This document shows positions 8,882-18,630 of a stretch of DNA of 41,779 nucleotides, in pieces. The notes beneath the pieces are model-generated. The model searched no databases. It was not told the origin of the DNA and saw only the letters and a program-made list of their open reading frames with translations. The translations under genes were made by a program, and so were the position numbers. The stretch's first letter is position 1. Each line of letters starts with the position of its first letter. Location of the stretch: UHGV virus genome UHGV-0015611; one strand, given 5' to 3'. This stretch comes from a virus.

Positions 8882-10009
8882 CTATCTATTAACGAATACT
8901 GTAATTACTACATGCTCAATTGCACCTGAAGAAAGAAGTGCAACATGAATTGGTGGGGAAATTCTTGAAGCTCTCTCTGCTGGGGTCTGATTAGCAACTG
9001 AATCAGCATAAATGTAATAGCCGTTTTCAATGGCGTCCCCTGTTGCAAGGGTATCCACTGGCTCCCCTTTCCAAATACCAGAGGCTATTAAACCAACATT
9101 AGCCATTCTATTGCAAGCTCCTGCAATAGCATTTGTGATAATGTTTACACCAGAATCTGTCTGTGGAATTTTCTTCTGATTCACCAAAGTGTTAACTACA
9201 GTGTTCTGAATCAACGACTTTGCAACATCCATTAAGTAGATTTCATCTACGTGATATCCGCCTCCTGAAACTCCTGGATAAACAAAGTCATAAGAATCAC
9301 TGAAGTTAAGGTAAGCATTGCCATTATATCCAACCAGAATATCAACCTGAGCATCTGTGATATCCTCTGAAGAAACTCCAGCCAAGGTTTTATATGCTAC
9401 TGTATAAGCTGAATTAGCCTGCATTGTGTTAAGTCCAGAAACCAAACCAACCATTGCAATTGCTGTATCAATACCATGATTCTCTGAGACATAAAAGCCA
9501 AACGAACGAGTCCAATTGTTTGTCTGAGCTGTTTTAAGAATGTTAGTAGAGCCGGAAACTAAGCACTGCGGGTCATCTGTTGTATAGAAGAAAATACTTG
9601 GTTTAGCTGAAGCTTCTACCAAAGCTGCTATTGCTGTAATCTCCTGAGTTGTTAATTCAAAAGCATAAGTGAATGCATAAAAGGAACTATTAGCTCTAGC
9701 CCAAGTAAAAGCTGTATCTGGGGTTTTTACTGTAGCATCCGTCGTGCTATACTGTGCAATATCAAGTGAGCCTGGTCTTGAGCTCTGAGCAAAGTACTTA
9801 GTAGCAAGTGCATACTCCGGAGAACTAGTTGTAAAACCATCAGTAATCATTTGAGTTGCATAATTTGAAGCTGTATAAGTTTTAATTTGTCCAGCAAGGG
9901 AAGCAACTGACTTACCAATAATACAGCCTAAATTGAAGTCATTTGAAATAGAAGAAGTAGCAGATACCTGAACTGTTACATCAACTATTTTGTTAAGTGA
10001 AACGCTCAT
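8882..10009 (-). CDS. Contractile tail sheath protein
   Basis: 375 aa, upstream of the tube-chaperone-tape measure trio, in the canonical myovirus order. Confidence 0.5.
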   Translation of the reverse strand: MSVSLNKIVDVTVQVSATSSISNDFNLGCIIGKSVASLAGQIKTYTASNYATQMITDGFTTSSPEYALATKYFAQSSRPGSLDIAQYSTTDATVKTPDTAFTWARANSSFYAFTYAFELTTQEITAIAALVEASAKPSIFFYTTDDPQCLVSGSTNILKTAQTNNWTRSFGFYVSENHGIDTAIAMVGLVSGLNTMQANSAYTVAYKTLAGVSSEDITDAQVDILVGYNGNAYLNFSDSYDFVYPGVSGGGYHVDEIYLMDVAKSLIQNTVVNTLVNQKKIPQTDSGVNIITNAIAGACNRMANVGLIASGIWKGEPVDTLATGDAIENGYYIYADSVANQTPAERASRISPPIHVALLSSGAIEHVVITVFVNR

Positions 10010-10021
10010 GTTGTTTCCTCC

Positions 10022-10558
10022 TTATTGTTGGGTGATAACTTCTAGGTCAAGGCTTTCAATTAAGTCAGTTTCTTGCTCTAATGTAACTGAGTTATAAAAA
10101 CCAACTGTTAATTCAGCTCTTTCCCAAAACCTATTGTTAATTTCTTCATGTATTTTGTTTTCTAAAGTAATATCTGAAGGAATGATAGCCAAATTATTTT
10201 GATGTAACCAATCATTAGTACCAGGAAAGTATAATAGTTCTTTTAAAGTAATTGAGTTAATATCAGCTAATGAGCCATAAAATGTAAATTGAACTGAAAT
10301 CTTCCTCATTGATGTTTGAGTTATTTTCCACTTGTCATCCTCTTTAACATAACCTTCCTGTCTGTTTTTGTACATTTGAACAAAATCTGATTCTTCAGAG
10401 GTGTGAACAAAACAAACATTATCTTTATAGTGTGGCATTGGTTGGCCTTCATCTGCATAAGAAATGAAAACCTTGTTTTTGTTCATTCCTAAGAAATTGA
10501 CTACAAAATTGGAGAATAATTCATCAAATGCATCTAATGAAGTTATCATGTTGGCCAT
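10022..10558 (-). CDS. Head-tail connector/tail completion protein (hypothetical)
   Basis: Position between the capsid and sheath genes. Confidence 0.3.
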   Translation of the reverse strand: MANMITSLDAFDELFSNFVVNFLGMNKNKVFISYADEGQPMPHYKDNVCFVHTSEESDFVQMYKNRQEGYVKEDDKWKITQTSMRKISVQFTFYGSLADINSITLKELLYFPGTNDWLHQNNLAIIPSDITLENKIHEEINNRFWERAELTVGFYNSVTLEQETDLIESLDLEVITQQ

Positions 10559-10560
10559 TG

Positions 10561-10941
10561 TTACATATCCTCCGGATTTATTTTATAAGCTGTAGACCTG
10601 CAGAAGCCATATTGTGAGTCATCCAAACATTCCCTTACTATGTAATCTTCATTGTTAAAGTGAACTATGTCAGCCCCATACTCAATACCTGAAGCTTTAT
10701 CAATTCCCGCTGAATAAAGTCTATCATAAGTAAATATGTTTATGCCTTCTGTATTTCTATCGCCATTTTGCTCTAAAGCGTCAACGTTTTGATTGTTGAT
10801 TGTGATAATACCTTGCAATGTAATTGTTGTAGTTGTTTTTACTGGTCTAAAGTTTTCATAAGTTATGGTAGATCTTTTAATAGTAATTCCGTTTGGTTGT
10901 TTAAAATCAGGGTCTTCAATTAACTCTGAAATGTTAATCAT
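10561..10941 (-). CDS. Head-tail connector protein (hypothetical)
   Basis: Position. Confidence 0.3.
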   Translation of the reverse strand: MINISELIEDPDFKQPNGITIKRSTITYENFRPVKTTTTITLQGIITINNQNVDALEQNGDRNTEGINIFTYDRLYSAGIDKASGIEYGADIVHFNNEDYIVRECLDDSQYGFCRSTAYKINPEDM

Positions 10942-11465
10942 TTCTTTGGACCTACCTCCCTTTTGTTTTTATTAACTAAAACATATGTGATTGATTTAAG
11001 TAATTCTTGGGTGTCAATTAAAGGCCAAATCGTTGTTGAACCTTTCCTTATCTTTCTTCTTGCTGTTGAAGGGGCATTAGGAGGCCAACCATTCTCTGGG
11101 TCCTTAAACCATCGTCTAATTAAATTTGTAGCATCTATACCTGCTTTTTTTAATTCTCCTAAGGCCTTTTCTTCATCCCCAGTTTCTAGCAGTGTTTTAA
11201 TACCAAGATTTACTCTTTTTTGAATTCTTTGTTTGTTCTTTTCTAAAGCTGGCTCTATTACTGGCCTTGGGGGTATGTTTTTAATTGGTGAGCCATTTGT
11301 ATGTATAAATAATAGCTCTGCATTTGTTACTCCTTCTTTACGGTCTGTATGCTCTTGAGGGATTCCAACATATAATTGATTATCTGCTAGAAAAGCCATT
11401 TTCTTTTGCATATCAATTAAAGTTGATAAGTCTTTTTTTGCCTTGAATTTCATCCGTTTATCCAA
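10938..11465 (-). CDS. Head-tail joining protein (gp10/minor-tail-like, hypothetical)
   Basis: Position. Its ATGA start overlaps the neighbouring gene. Confidence 0.3.
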   Translation of the reverse strand: MDKRMKFKAKKDLSTLIDMQKKMAFLADNQLYVGIPQEHTDRKEGVTNAELLFIHTNGSPIKNIPPRPVIEPALEKNKQRIQKRVNLGIKTLLETGDEEKALGELKKAGIDATNLIRRWFKDPENGWPPNAPSTARRKIRKGSTTIWPLIDTQELLKSITYVLVNKNKREVGPKK

Positions 11466-11971
11466 GCTCCTGTATGACCATAAATTTTAGTTAATGTGAT
11501 TAACTGTTGACCATAAGCTGTTTGTTTCCAAGTGCCATAACCAGCATAATCCCCATCATTAGCCCATGTAAAATCGTAACTAATTGATAAACCATCAACT
11601 GATTTACTTGAAGCCAATCCAATAGGCAAAGCAGTCTTTAAAGCATTAGCTGCTGTGGGGTCCCCTGTTTGAGTCTGTAAGTAAAGGGTTAAGTGGTGGG
11701 CAATGTATAACCCCATCAAATACTTCCAATTACTGTAATATCTATCGTGTTTAATAGAGTGATTGGCCATGCCTAAGAACAAATTGAAAACTTCTTCAGG
11801 AATTTCATCCTCCCCATTCCCAATTGAAAAAACTGGGAATATAGCAGAAAAATCCTCCTGTGTGTAGGGAGGATTATCTGTCGTTATAACAGGGATAGCT
11901 CCTTTAAACAGGACTAACATATTCATGAGGGCTGAAGTATTGTCGCCTAGCATATCATAAAAGTTAAACAT
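11450..11971 (-). CDS. Head-tail connector protein (hypothetical)
   Basis: Position. Confidence 0.3.
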   Translation of the reverse strand: MFNFYDMLGDNTSALMNMLVLFKGAIPVITTDNPPYTQEDFSAIFPVFSIGNGEDEIPEEVFNLFLGMANHSIKHDRYYSNWKYLMGLYIAHHLTLYLQTQTGDPTAANALKTALPIGLASSKSVDGLSISYDFTWANDGDYAGYGTWKQTAYGQQLITLTKIYGHTGAWING

Positions 11972-11997
11972 GTTGGAGCCTCCTTGTTTTTAATAAA

Positions 11998-12435
11998 TTA
12001 CTCAAGCATAAGCTTGTAAGCTTCAAGTACTCTTTTCTTATTCTGCTTAAGGGGTTCATCTTCAACAAATTCTGCATTATATTTTTCAGCTTCTGCCTTA
12101 ACCTCTGCAGCATTCATTTTACGAAGGGTTTCATAGTATTCATCAATAGTTGACGTTTCTTTGGTTCCCTCTTCTTCTTCTATGGGTTCCTCAACCTTTG
12201 GAGTTTCAACATTTGCCGGATTAGGAGTAATGCCCGAAACCATTGTAGGGTTGTTAACAATAGTAATTTCTCCAGCCTTTACAGCAGCCTTAAATGTAGG
12301 GTCATCTGTGTACTTCTCCGGCATATCCTGGAAAGAAAGTGGAACTGTGATAAAATATTCAACCTGAGGATTACCTTTCTGTGCTCCTGGTCCAATAGCG
12401 AAAGTCTTTTTTGAAAAAATTCTAATTGTGCTCAT
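11998..12435 (-). CDS. Hypothetical protein with a Glu-rich C-terminus, possibly a capsid decoration or head fibre protein
   Basis: Immediately downstream of the major capsid gene and its hairpin. Confidence 0.3.
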   Translation of the reverse strand: MSTIRIFSKKTFAIGPGAQKGNPQVEYFITVPLSFQDMPEKYTDDPTFKAAVKAGEITIVNNPTMVSGITPNPANVETPKVEEPIEEEEGTKETSTIDEYYETLRKMNAAEVKAEAEKYNAEFVEDEPLKQNKKRVLEAYKLMLE

Positions 12436-12462
12436 TGTATTCTCCTTTGTTTTATGAAGGCA

Positions 12463-12479
12463 GGGGCCTTTATGGCCCC
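12463..12479. terminator. GC-rich hairpin directly after the major capsid gene stop (GGGGCC-tttat-GGCCCC). It could act as a partial terminator or an mRNA-stabilising hairpin.
   Basis: 6-bp all-GC stem. On the plus strand it is followed by a T-rich tract. The minus-strand context is less U-rich. Confidence 0.35.
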
Positions 12480-12494
12480 TTGCTTACTTATTTA

Positions 12495-13535
12495 TTAAAT
12501 ACCGTCTGCGTAACGAATAGGCTGAGTGTAAAGAATCTTAACCTGACCCATCTGAGCAGCAAAGATTGTGATATATGCAAACTGAAGTGCAACTGGCTGA
12601 GTCATTGCTCTTGTAAGCGGAACAGGAAGGTCGAAGTAAAGGAAGTTCTTGTCGTTTACATAAGCAACCATTCTATCAGCTCCGCCTGTGCCAGCTCCAG
12701 CACACCATCTGCAAGGGAAAATCATAAGCTTCTTGCCCTGCTGATTAGCAATGTTGTTCTTAAGAATATATCCAAGGATATTTTCATCAGCTGAAGTACC
12801 AATTCTTGTAGAAACCAAATATGCATACTTAGCTGGCGGGAGAAGTAAGTGATTAGGCATTGCAGATTCGTCATATTCAGCAGCTGCCCAAGCTTCTGTA
12901 AGCACCTTGTTGATATCCCAGAGAATTTCATCTACTGTTTTAGTTTCCCAGCCTGTCTGACCTGTTGCTCCTGTTGGAACCATAGAAGCTGTAACAAGCG
13001 TACTATTGATAAGGCCTGTAATTCCAACATTAGTAAAGCCCTGATAAACAAGCTGGTCAATGGACTTGTTGTAATTAAGTCTAATGCCTCTATCAAGCAT
13101 CTGGTCAATGCTTCTGCCAATAGTCTGGAGCTTCTGGCCATCAACAAAAGGAACCTTCATTGCCTGTGCCCATGTGAACACCTTGTAAATGTCCTTGTTG
13201 AGGTTAGCTTCTACCATTGGAATAACATCTGTCGAACCTCCAATAAGGGAGTTCTGGTTAGGGGCAGATGTTGCATAATCAATGTCCATAGTAGAGGTGA
13301 AATCTACCCAGCCTCCTCCTGTTTCAGCTACAATGTCCCGCTGCCAAGTTACTGAAGTGAGTGGCTCCCTAATTTTTGGATCACGCTTTTCAAGTTCACC
13401 TTCCAGAAAGGCCATTCCTGTAGCAACGCCTGCAGCATCTAAAGCTCTACCAGAGCCAAGGGAGCTATCCTGCATTACTTTAATATTGTTGTTGGTACCA
13501 AAGGAGATACCAGACTGTGTAATAATGTTAGCCAT
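12495..13535 (-). CDS. Major capsid protein
   Basis: 346 aa, following the scaffold-like acidic protein and preceding the connector genes. A GC-rich hairpin follows its stop codon. Confidence 0.5.
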   Translation of the reverse strand: MANIITQSGISFGTNNNIKVMQDSSLGSGRALDAAGVATGMAFLEGELEKRDPKIREPLTSVTWQRDIVAETGGGWVDFTSTMDIDYATSAPNQNSLIGGSTDVIPMVEANLNKDIYKVFTWAQAMKVPFVDGQKLQTIGRSIDQMLDRGIRLNYNKSIDQLVYQGFTNVGITGLINSTLVTASMVPTGATGQTGWETKTVDEILWDINKVLTEAWAAAEYDESAMPNHLLLPPAKYAYLVSTRIGTSADENILGYILKNNIANQQGKKLMIFPCRWCAGAGTGGADRMVAYVNDKNFLYFDLPVPLTRAMTQPVALQFAYITIFAAQMGQVKILYTQPIRYADGI

Positions 13536-13548
13536 GTATCTTTACCTC

Positions 13549-14055
13549 CTATGCCTTAGCTCTTGTTTTAACAGTTACTTCAGTCATTCCATTGGAATCA
13601 ACTACTCCTGTTGTCCATTCAATATTAGTTACCTGAACTGAGTTAGCCCCATCAGCACTAGCTTCAAAGCCTCCAACTACTGCGTTTGGATATGCCTGAT
13701 TTGCTGTGATTCTAACATAAACTGCACTACCTGCTGTTGGGGTTCCTCTCTGGCACTTAACAATAACATTGCCTCTTGTAAGTACATCACAGATTGTCCC
13801 ATCCATATAGTCTGGGTTAGACTGTGGGTCATATGTGTTTGCCTGAACAACGTTTCTTACTGCAATGCCTGCTACGTCAGCAGCTGTGTCGCCTGTTGCT
13901 ACTGCCTTCCACTTATTATCAGAGGTAAGCTTTACTGCCTTACCAAACTTAATTTCCCCTTCAGCAACTCTTGCCTGAATGATAGCATCTGCTGTTCTTG
14001 ACTGTGTGCCTTCCCAGCCAGCTTTCAATGAAATACCAATTGTTCTACCTGGCAT
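13549..14055 (-). CDS. Putative capsid-associated structural protein (168 aa)
   Basis: Lies between the scaffold and major capsid genes. Confidence 0.3.
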   Translation of the reverse strand: MPGRTIGISLKAGWEGTQSRTADAIIQARVAEGEIKFGKAVKLTSDNKWKAVATGDTAADVAGIAVRNVVQANTYDPQSNPDYMDGTICDVLTRGNVIVKCQRGTPTAGSAVYVRITANQAYPNAVVGGFEASADGANSVQVTNIEWTTGVVDSNGMTEVTVKTRAKA

Positions 14056-14056
14056 A

Positions 14057-14731
14057 TTAGTTCTCCTCCTTGTTGTAATGTGGATTGTATTTAGCAGCCC
14101 ACTGATTACCTAAATCTTCTGTATTAATGATAGACTTGTGGTCCTTTGCTGAGTTTCTGCTTGCCTTAAGAATAGAAGCATAATCTGCCGTTCCCTTGTT
14201 AATTTTAAGAGCCTTAGCAAAACTATTAGCAAGAATTCGTCTATCCCTGCTATCCTTAACATTTGCAATGATAGGTTTTACCTTTTTAAGCAAAGCTCTT
14301 GCAGCATCCTGATTATTAATGACCTTAGGGTCTACTGTGTTATCGTCTTCCGATTCAATCTCAATTTCTTCGTCCTCTGCTTCTTCCTCAAGTTCTTCTT
14401 CAAGTTCATCGAGAGAAGCCATGCAAGCATCTTTTACCATGCCGTACTTCTTGAGAGCTCTAATGATTGAGTCTTCTACCTTTTTCTCAATCTTTTTTTC
14501 AACATTGGCATTTAGTTTATTGGGTTTAGAAATGTCATCATCATCTGTTTCGATTTCAATTTCATCCTCATCGTCAACATCAATTTCTTCTTCCTCTTCA
14601 AGAGCATCCTTAACTTCTTCAGTCATTTGGAGTGCATCTTCTGCTAATTCCTCTGGAAGCTCTTCATCCAAAGCCTTAAGCTTAATAAGGAAATCCCTGA
14701 TTGAGTCCATAGCCTTTCTTTTATTAGCCAT
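14057..14731 (-). CDS. Scaffolding-like protein with acidic coiled-coil character. The likely start is MANKRK at 14731.
   Basis: Contains long runs of E/D. RBS AAGGAGGA lies 5 nt before the ATG at 14731. It sits between the protease-like and capsid genes. Confidence 0.45.
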   Translation of the reverse strand: MANKRKAMDSIRDFLIKLKALDEELPEELAEDALQMTEEVKDALEEEEEIDVDDEDEIEIETDDDDISKPNKLNANVEKKIEKKVEDSIIRALKKYGMVKDACMASLDELEEELEEEAEDEEIEIESEDDNTVDPKVINNQDAARALLKKVKPIIANVKDSRDRRILANSFAKALKINKGTADYASILKASRNSAKDHKSIINTEDLGNQWAAKYNPHYNKEEN

Positions 14732-14751
14732 TATTTTCCTCCTTGAAACAT

Positions 14752-15345
14752 TTAGCATTCTTTGATTGCTTTTTCTAGTGTTTTAACAAAATTATACTTT
14801 GAAGTAAGTTGTGGCTTACGTTTTTCATCTTTAATCCTAACTGAACTTCCTGCCCTACCTGCCTGAACTAATGCAACATGATTACCTCGAATGTTCTTCT
14901 GGTAAACCTTGCCATCCCGTTCTTCATATTCACATTCATAACCAGCTGAAACTTCCCGTTTGCAACCAGATTGAATCTCGCTAATAACAATAGGGTCTCG
15001 AACCAATATGTCAGCAATTAATTTGTCTGAATCTTCCCCAGTTCCTCTCCTGATGTTTGTGAGCTCCCCTTTGCTATAAACTGACCAATTATCAGCTGTA
15101 ACATCTTCAGAAGGGTGTGTATCTGTAAAAGCTTTACCCTCAAATGAAGCCATTGTCGCTTTATTAAAAACTTCATCTTCTGTTCTAAAAACATTAATAA
15201 TAGAATTGCCAGAAAGACCAAGCTCACTAGAAAGATATTGATAGGTTCCTGTTCTAGCAATAGGAACATTAAAGCAAACTAAGCAACCATTATCAAGCTT
15301 AGTGATGTTGTCTGAAATTTTACTGCCATAATAAGCTCTTGCCAT
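14752..15345 (-). CDS. Putative prohead protease/core protein (DUF2213-like)
   Basis: 197 aa, immediately upstream of the scaffold gene. The family assignment is from memory and is uncertain. Confidence 0.3.
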   Translation of the reverse strand: MARAYYGSKISDNITKLDNGCLVCFNVPIARTGTYQYLSSELGLSGNSIINVFRTEDEVFNKATMASFEGKAFTDTHPSEDVTADNWSVYSKGELTNIRRGTGEDSDKLIADILVRDPIVISEIQSGCKREVSAGYECEYEERDGKVYQKNIRGNHVALVQAGRAGSSVRIKDEKRKPQLTSKYNFVKTLEKAIKEC

Positions 15346-15358
15346 ATTTGTTGCTCCT

Positions 15359-15643
15359 TTAATACTCCAACTCTAAATGATTATGAATGTAGTTCCTTGC
15401 TTGGTTGAGAAGTTCTGTAAGTTCTTTTATTTGTTTATTTTCAAGAGAAGGGTCACTTTTAATTGATTTGTTTAAATCTTCTAGAGCAGCGTTAAATTTG
15501 TTTAGCTGATTAGTCAAATTTTTAGAAGTTGTGATAAGACCTTTGGCCTCCCTTTTGATTTGCTCATATCCTCTACCAGCATCTTTTGCTTTTATAGAGT
15601 TTGGCAAATTTAAACATAAAAGTGAATCATAATATTTATCCAT
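15359..15643 (-). CDS. Hypothetical coiled-coil protein (94 aa)
   Basis: An ORF that follows the promoter at 15668-15696. Confidence 0.3.
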   Translation of the reverse strand: MDKYYDSLLCLNLPNSIKAKDAGRGYEQIKREAKGLITTSKNLTNQLNKFNAALEDLNKSIKSDPSLENKQIKELTELLNQARNYIHNHLELEY

Positions 15644-15667
15644 GTGAACCCCTTTTACTTATAATTT

Positions 15668-15696
15668 ATTATATCACATAAGTTTTTATTTGTAAA
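15668..15696 (-). promoter_or_regulatory. Sigma-A-type promoter with an upstream AAAACTTTTCAAAAA UP-like element
   Basis: -10 TGATATAAT at 15668-15673, 17-bp spacer, -35 TTTACA at 15691-15696. An AT-rich UP-like tract lies at 15700-15720. Confidence 0.6.
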
Positions 15697-15726
15697 TGAT
15701 TTTTTGAAAAGTTTTTAAAATATTTT

Positions 15727-16089
15727 TTATTTGTAAACCTGCCTGTTACAGTAAATGTTATAACCATCTGTGAAGAACTCATATACTATAGTCATACCAT
15801 TTACTGGTGTAATTTCTTCCCCAGAGTATAATGTTGAGTTTGCTGGAAAGATTAACTGATTTTGTGTAGTTGCTCCATTAGCAACCACGATAGTATAGTC
15901 AACCCCCTGTCGCATATGTTCAATATCCTTAATGGTTATATCCCCTGATTCAGAAGCCAAACTAAGGTGCATGTTCCTATGGCCTTCCATGTCAAGGCCG
16001 TTTGGGTTATTTAAGAGTTCTACTGTAACCTCTTCAAATTTTTCAATGTCAGCGGGGTCAAACCCACAATCTGCTTTAACGATATTCAT
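15727..16089 (-). CDS. Hypothetical protein (120 aa)
   Basis: Follows 16099..16422 with a 9-nt spacer. Confidence 0.3.
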   Translation of the reverse strand: MNIVKADCGFDPADIEKFEEVTVELLNNPNGLDMEGHRNMHLSLASESGDITIKDIEHMRQGVDYTIVVANGATTQNQLIFPANSTLYSGEEITPVNGMTIVYEFFTDGYNIYCNRQVYK

Positions 16090-16098
16090 AATCCCCTC

Positions 16099-16422
16099 CT
16101 ATTCCCCCGTTCCGTTGTTAACTATGGTTACTGGTTCACTTGGCATTGTAAAAGATAACGAGTCATAAATTGTGCCTTCAGTATATGTAACGTTAATTGC
16201 ATCTAAATCATTTGTGATAGTTGTTTTTACTTGCACATCTGAACCTTTCTTGTAGTAAAGCTTTACCAAATCCCCTGCACTATAAACTGAGTTAACATTA
16301 GTTACAGGCTCTCCTGTAACAACTAAAGGATACTGATTAGGATGGTCAATTTGCCATGCAGGGAAAGGAATTTTGGGTTTAATGTCATCGATATTTCCTA
16401 ATGGGCGTTCTGGTGTTGGCAT
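16099..16422 (-). CDS. Hypothetical protein (107 aa)
   Basis: Has a strong RBS GGAGGAAACC upstream. Confidence 0.3.
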   Translation of the reverse strand: MPTPERPLGNIDDIKPKIPFPAWQIDHPNQYPLVVTGEPVTNVNSVYSAGDLVKLYYKKGSDVQVKTTITNDLDAINVTYTEGTIYDSLSFTMPSEPVTIVNNGTGE

Positions 16423-16448
16423 TATGGGGTTTCCTCCTTCCTTTAATA

Positions 16449-16491
16449 GGTCGTATAAGGGCTTTATTTGGCCGTATGGTAAAAGTTTTTG
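16449..16491. repeat. Copy of the dispersed element in reverse orientation, lying between the head morphogenesis gene and the 107-aa gene
   Basis: Its segment GGCCGTATGGTAAAAGTTTTTG is identical to 40339-40360. Confidence 0.5.
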
Positions 16492-16519
16492 CCTTGGTTA
16501 AGGTTTTATATTAAAGGCC

Positions 16520-17353
16520 TTATAAAAGTTCCTTAAATTTATTTTTTGTCATTTTTTGAATTCTTCCTTGATAGTAAACTTTATGTGGCCAAGTGTAATC
16601 ATCAAGCTCTATGATTGGCTCTGGGTAACACCTGCAATTCCAAATATTCCCTGCGTGATAAAAGCCTACTGATTTCTCCCCCACTAAATTTTCTGGGCTT
16701 GGGGGTTCTGACCAATTAACAAATACATCTTCCATATTGCGATGAGCCTTTCTAACCCTTGGCCCGTCTAAAGCTGTTCTCCAACAATACCAATTGATTC
16801 CTAACTCTTGGGACCTTGCTTGAGTTAAAGCTGTAGTAGCCTTACTAACCTCTGTTCTTGCTATTAGTTTAGCTGAAGCTCTTGAGTGTTTGTTGGTTTC
16901 CTGCTCTATTATTTTAGCTATCTCACTAGCTCTAAGACCTTTGTATGAAAGGGCTGTAATATTTTTAACTACTTTATTTGATACATCTGTTGGCAATGTT
17001 GAGATTAAACGAGCATTATCTTCTATCATGTAGTTTATGGTTTTGCCAAGGCCTTTTTCCATCTCTTGTAGTAAGCCTTTGTAAAGTAGTTGCCCTTTCA
17101 TTGCCTTTTGCGAAGCTTGCCTCCAAGTCTTATAGTTTTGATTAGCAACTCCTGTAATCATGTTAGTAACAGCTAATCTAATATAATCCTTATAAGCATT
17201 AGAGTTTTGAAAGCTTTTAATGTACTGTTGATATTTGTCAAGGTCAGAGCCAGCTGAATTTGCTATTCTTTTAAGCTGTTTGCAAACTTCTTGTAAAGCC
17301 TTTAGGAATTTGTATTCATTTGTCAGGGATTGTTTCCACTTTTTAAACTTCAT
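16520..17353 (-). CDS. Head morphogenesis protein, SPP1 gp7/Mu F family
   Basis: 277 aa with the C-terminal motif YHAGNIWNCRCYPEP that is typical of Phage_Mu_F. It is downstream of the portal gene. Confidence 0.6.
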   Translation of the reverse strand: MKFKKWKQSLTNEYKFLKALQEVCKQLKRIANSAGSDLDKYQQYIKSFQNSNAYKDYIRLAVTNMITGVANQNYKTWRQASQKAMKGQLLYKGLLQEMEKGLGKTINYMIEDNARLISTLPTDVSNKVVKNITALSYKGLRASEIAKIIEQETNKHSRASAKLIARTEVSKATTALTQARSQELGINWYCWRTALDGPRVRKAHRNMEDVFVNWSEPPSPENLVGEKSVGFYHAGNIWNCRCYPEPIIELDDYTWPHKVYYQGRIQKMTKNKFKELL

Positions 17354-17423
17354 TATTTCTCACGTCTATCAATTTCTTTTCGAGCCTCTTTTTTCGTTTA
17401 TAGCTTTTATGAATTACCCCTTT

Positions 17424-17960
17424 CTAATCAGACCACTTCATACCATAAAGTTTTGTGTTAATTGTCTTCAAGGCCTTCATGATTTCTGGGGTTTTATTTC
17501 TCAGGGCTACATCCCAAAGGTCCTCACCCGTATTGTCCTCAAGAGTTTCACTCAGCTTTTCAACAAATTCCTTAGTGTGTTCCTTATTGGTAGAAACATG
17601 TTTGTTTAAAACTGAATTGAGAGATTTCCCAATTTTCTCAGCCCTCTTTTTGTCCACTTCCCCGCTTTCATAAGTGAGATCATCAACCTCTTGTAATACA
17701 CTACCAGCTTCTGTATTATTTGAGAAATCATTGTAGTTTTTAAAACTTGTGCTTCCCCTCTTACTAGTAGTACTTCCCTTAGAGGTTCCACCAGATTTCT
17801 TGCCTTTCATGGCAGCAATAAGTTTAGGATTTCCAGCAATTGGATTTCCAGAGCCATCAATTTTAATATGACTGCCCCGCACCGTAATCCAGCGCTCCCC
17901 GCTTTCATCTGCGTCTGTTACTCTAATTGCCCTATCTAATGTCCTTGTGAATAAACTCAT
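17424..17960 (-). CDS. Hypothetical protein with a Gly/Ser/Lys-rich low-complexity centre, possibly an internal virion protein
   Basis: Lies between the 3D-domain protein gene and the head morphogenesis gene. Confidence 0.3.
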   Translation of the reverse strand: MSLFTRTLDRAIRVTDADESGERWITVRGSHIKIDGSGNPIAGNPKLIAAMKGKKSGGTSKGSTTSKRGSTSFKNYNDFSNNTEAGSVLQEVDDLTYESGEVDKKRAEKIGKSLNSVLNKHVSTNKEHTKEFVEKLSETLEDNTGEDLWDVALRNKTPEIMKALKTINTKLYGMKWSD

Positions 17961-17970
17961 AATATACCTC

Positions 17971-18561
17971 CTACCAAATCAACGTAATTTCTTTTTTGCC
18001 TAAGTTTAAAGCTTCTTGGTGATTACCTGTAAATATGTCTATTTTATTGCCTTGAATTGCCTTGCCTGTATCAGCAGCTTCATATTGGTTACCTAAATCA
18101 TCTGTTAATATTGTGCCTAAAGGAATAATGTTAGGGTCTACTGCTATTGAGTAATACGGGGTTAATAAAGTTCCTTGGGCCCCATAAGCTATTTCTTCGT
18201 AACCATCTGAGTATTTGCCACAACATTTACTGCAACCACAATAGTATGTTGCTGTAAAGGTTTGTGTGTTTTCTGGTTTTAAGACAGTTTGGTTAACTAA
18301 AGGCTCTATAACAATTTCTGTTGAAGTATAGCTGACTTGTTTATTTAGCTCTTCCTTAGGATTTAACCAATGATAAGTAAAAATACCAAATGCCGTAATT
18401 GCTGCCAAACAGGCCGTTAGGAAAAAGAAAAATCTTGGCTTAAGATAATATACCTTACCTGGGGTTTTCTTGCTTCTAATAGTCAAATAAAGCCCTTTAC
18501 GCTTACTGTAATTTGTAAGCTTAATAGCTTTATTTAATTTTTTTTTAGCTCTTCTACTCAT
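17971..18561 (-). CDS. Membrane-anchored 3D-domain protein (MltA/RlpA/YocH-like lytic transglycosylase fold)
   Basis: Has a basic N-terminus, one transmembrane helix (FFFFLTACLAAITAFGIFTY) and the motif TATYYCGCSKCCGKY. Conserved Asp residues follow (DPNIIPLGTILTDDLGNQYEAADTG ... IDIF). Confidence 0.5.
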   Translation of the reverse strand: MSRRAKKKLNKAIKLTNYSKRKGLYLTIRSKKTPGKVYYLKPRFFFFLTACLAAITAFGIFTYHWLNPKEELNKQVSYTSTEIVIEPLVNQTVLKPENTQTFTATYYCGCSKCCGKYSDGYEEIAYGAQGTLLTPYYSIAVDPNIIPLGTILTDDLGNQYEAADTGKAIQGNKIDIFTGNHQEALNLGKKEITLIW

Positions 18562-18601
18562 ATTCTTCCTCCTGTTATGTTGTGTTTTATTTTACATAGC
18601 T

Positions 18602-18630
18602 ATTATATCATAGTTGTTTATGCTTGTAAA
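18602..18630 (-). promoter_or_regulatory. Sigma-A-type promoter upstream of the 3D-domain and head morphogenesis genes
   Basis: -10 TATAAT at 18602-18607, 17-bp spacer, -35 TTTACA at 18625-18630. Confidence 0.55.

Noticed and set aside
12161-13641. Plus-strand ORFs antisense to the major capsid gene (12161..12367, 12426..12794, 12849..13355, 13282..13641), including Cys-rich ones
   Set aside because: They are antisense to the major capsid gene with no translation signals. The Cys richness is a reverse-complement artefact of frequent GCA/ACA codons.
14319-14765. Plus-strand ORF of 148 aa made largely of Ser runs
   Set aside because: It is antisense to the poly-Glu/Asp coding repeats of the scaffold-like gene. 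Its low-complexity Ser-rich translation is an artefact of GAA/GAT repeats, and it has no RBS.
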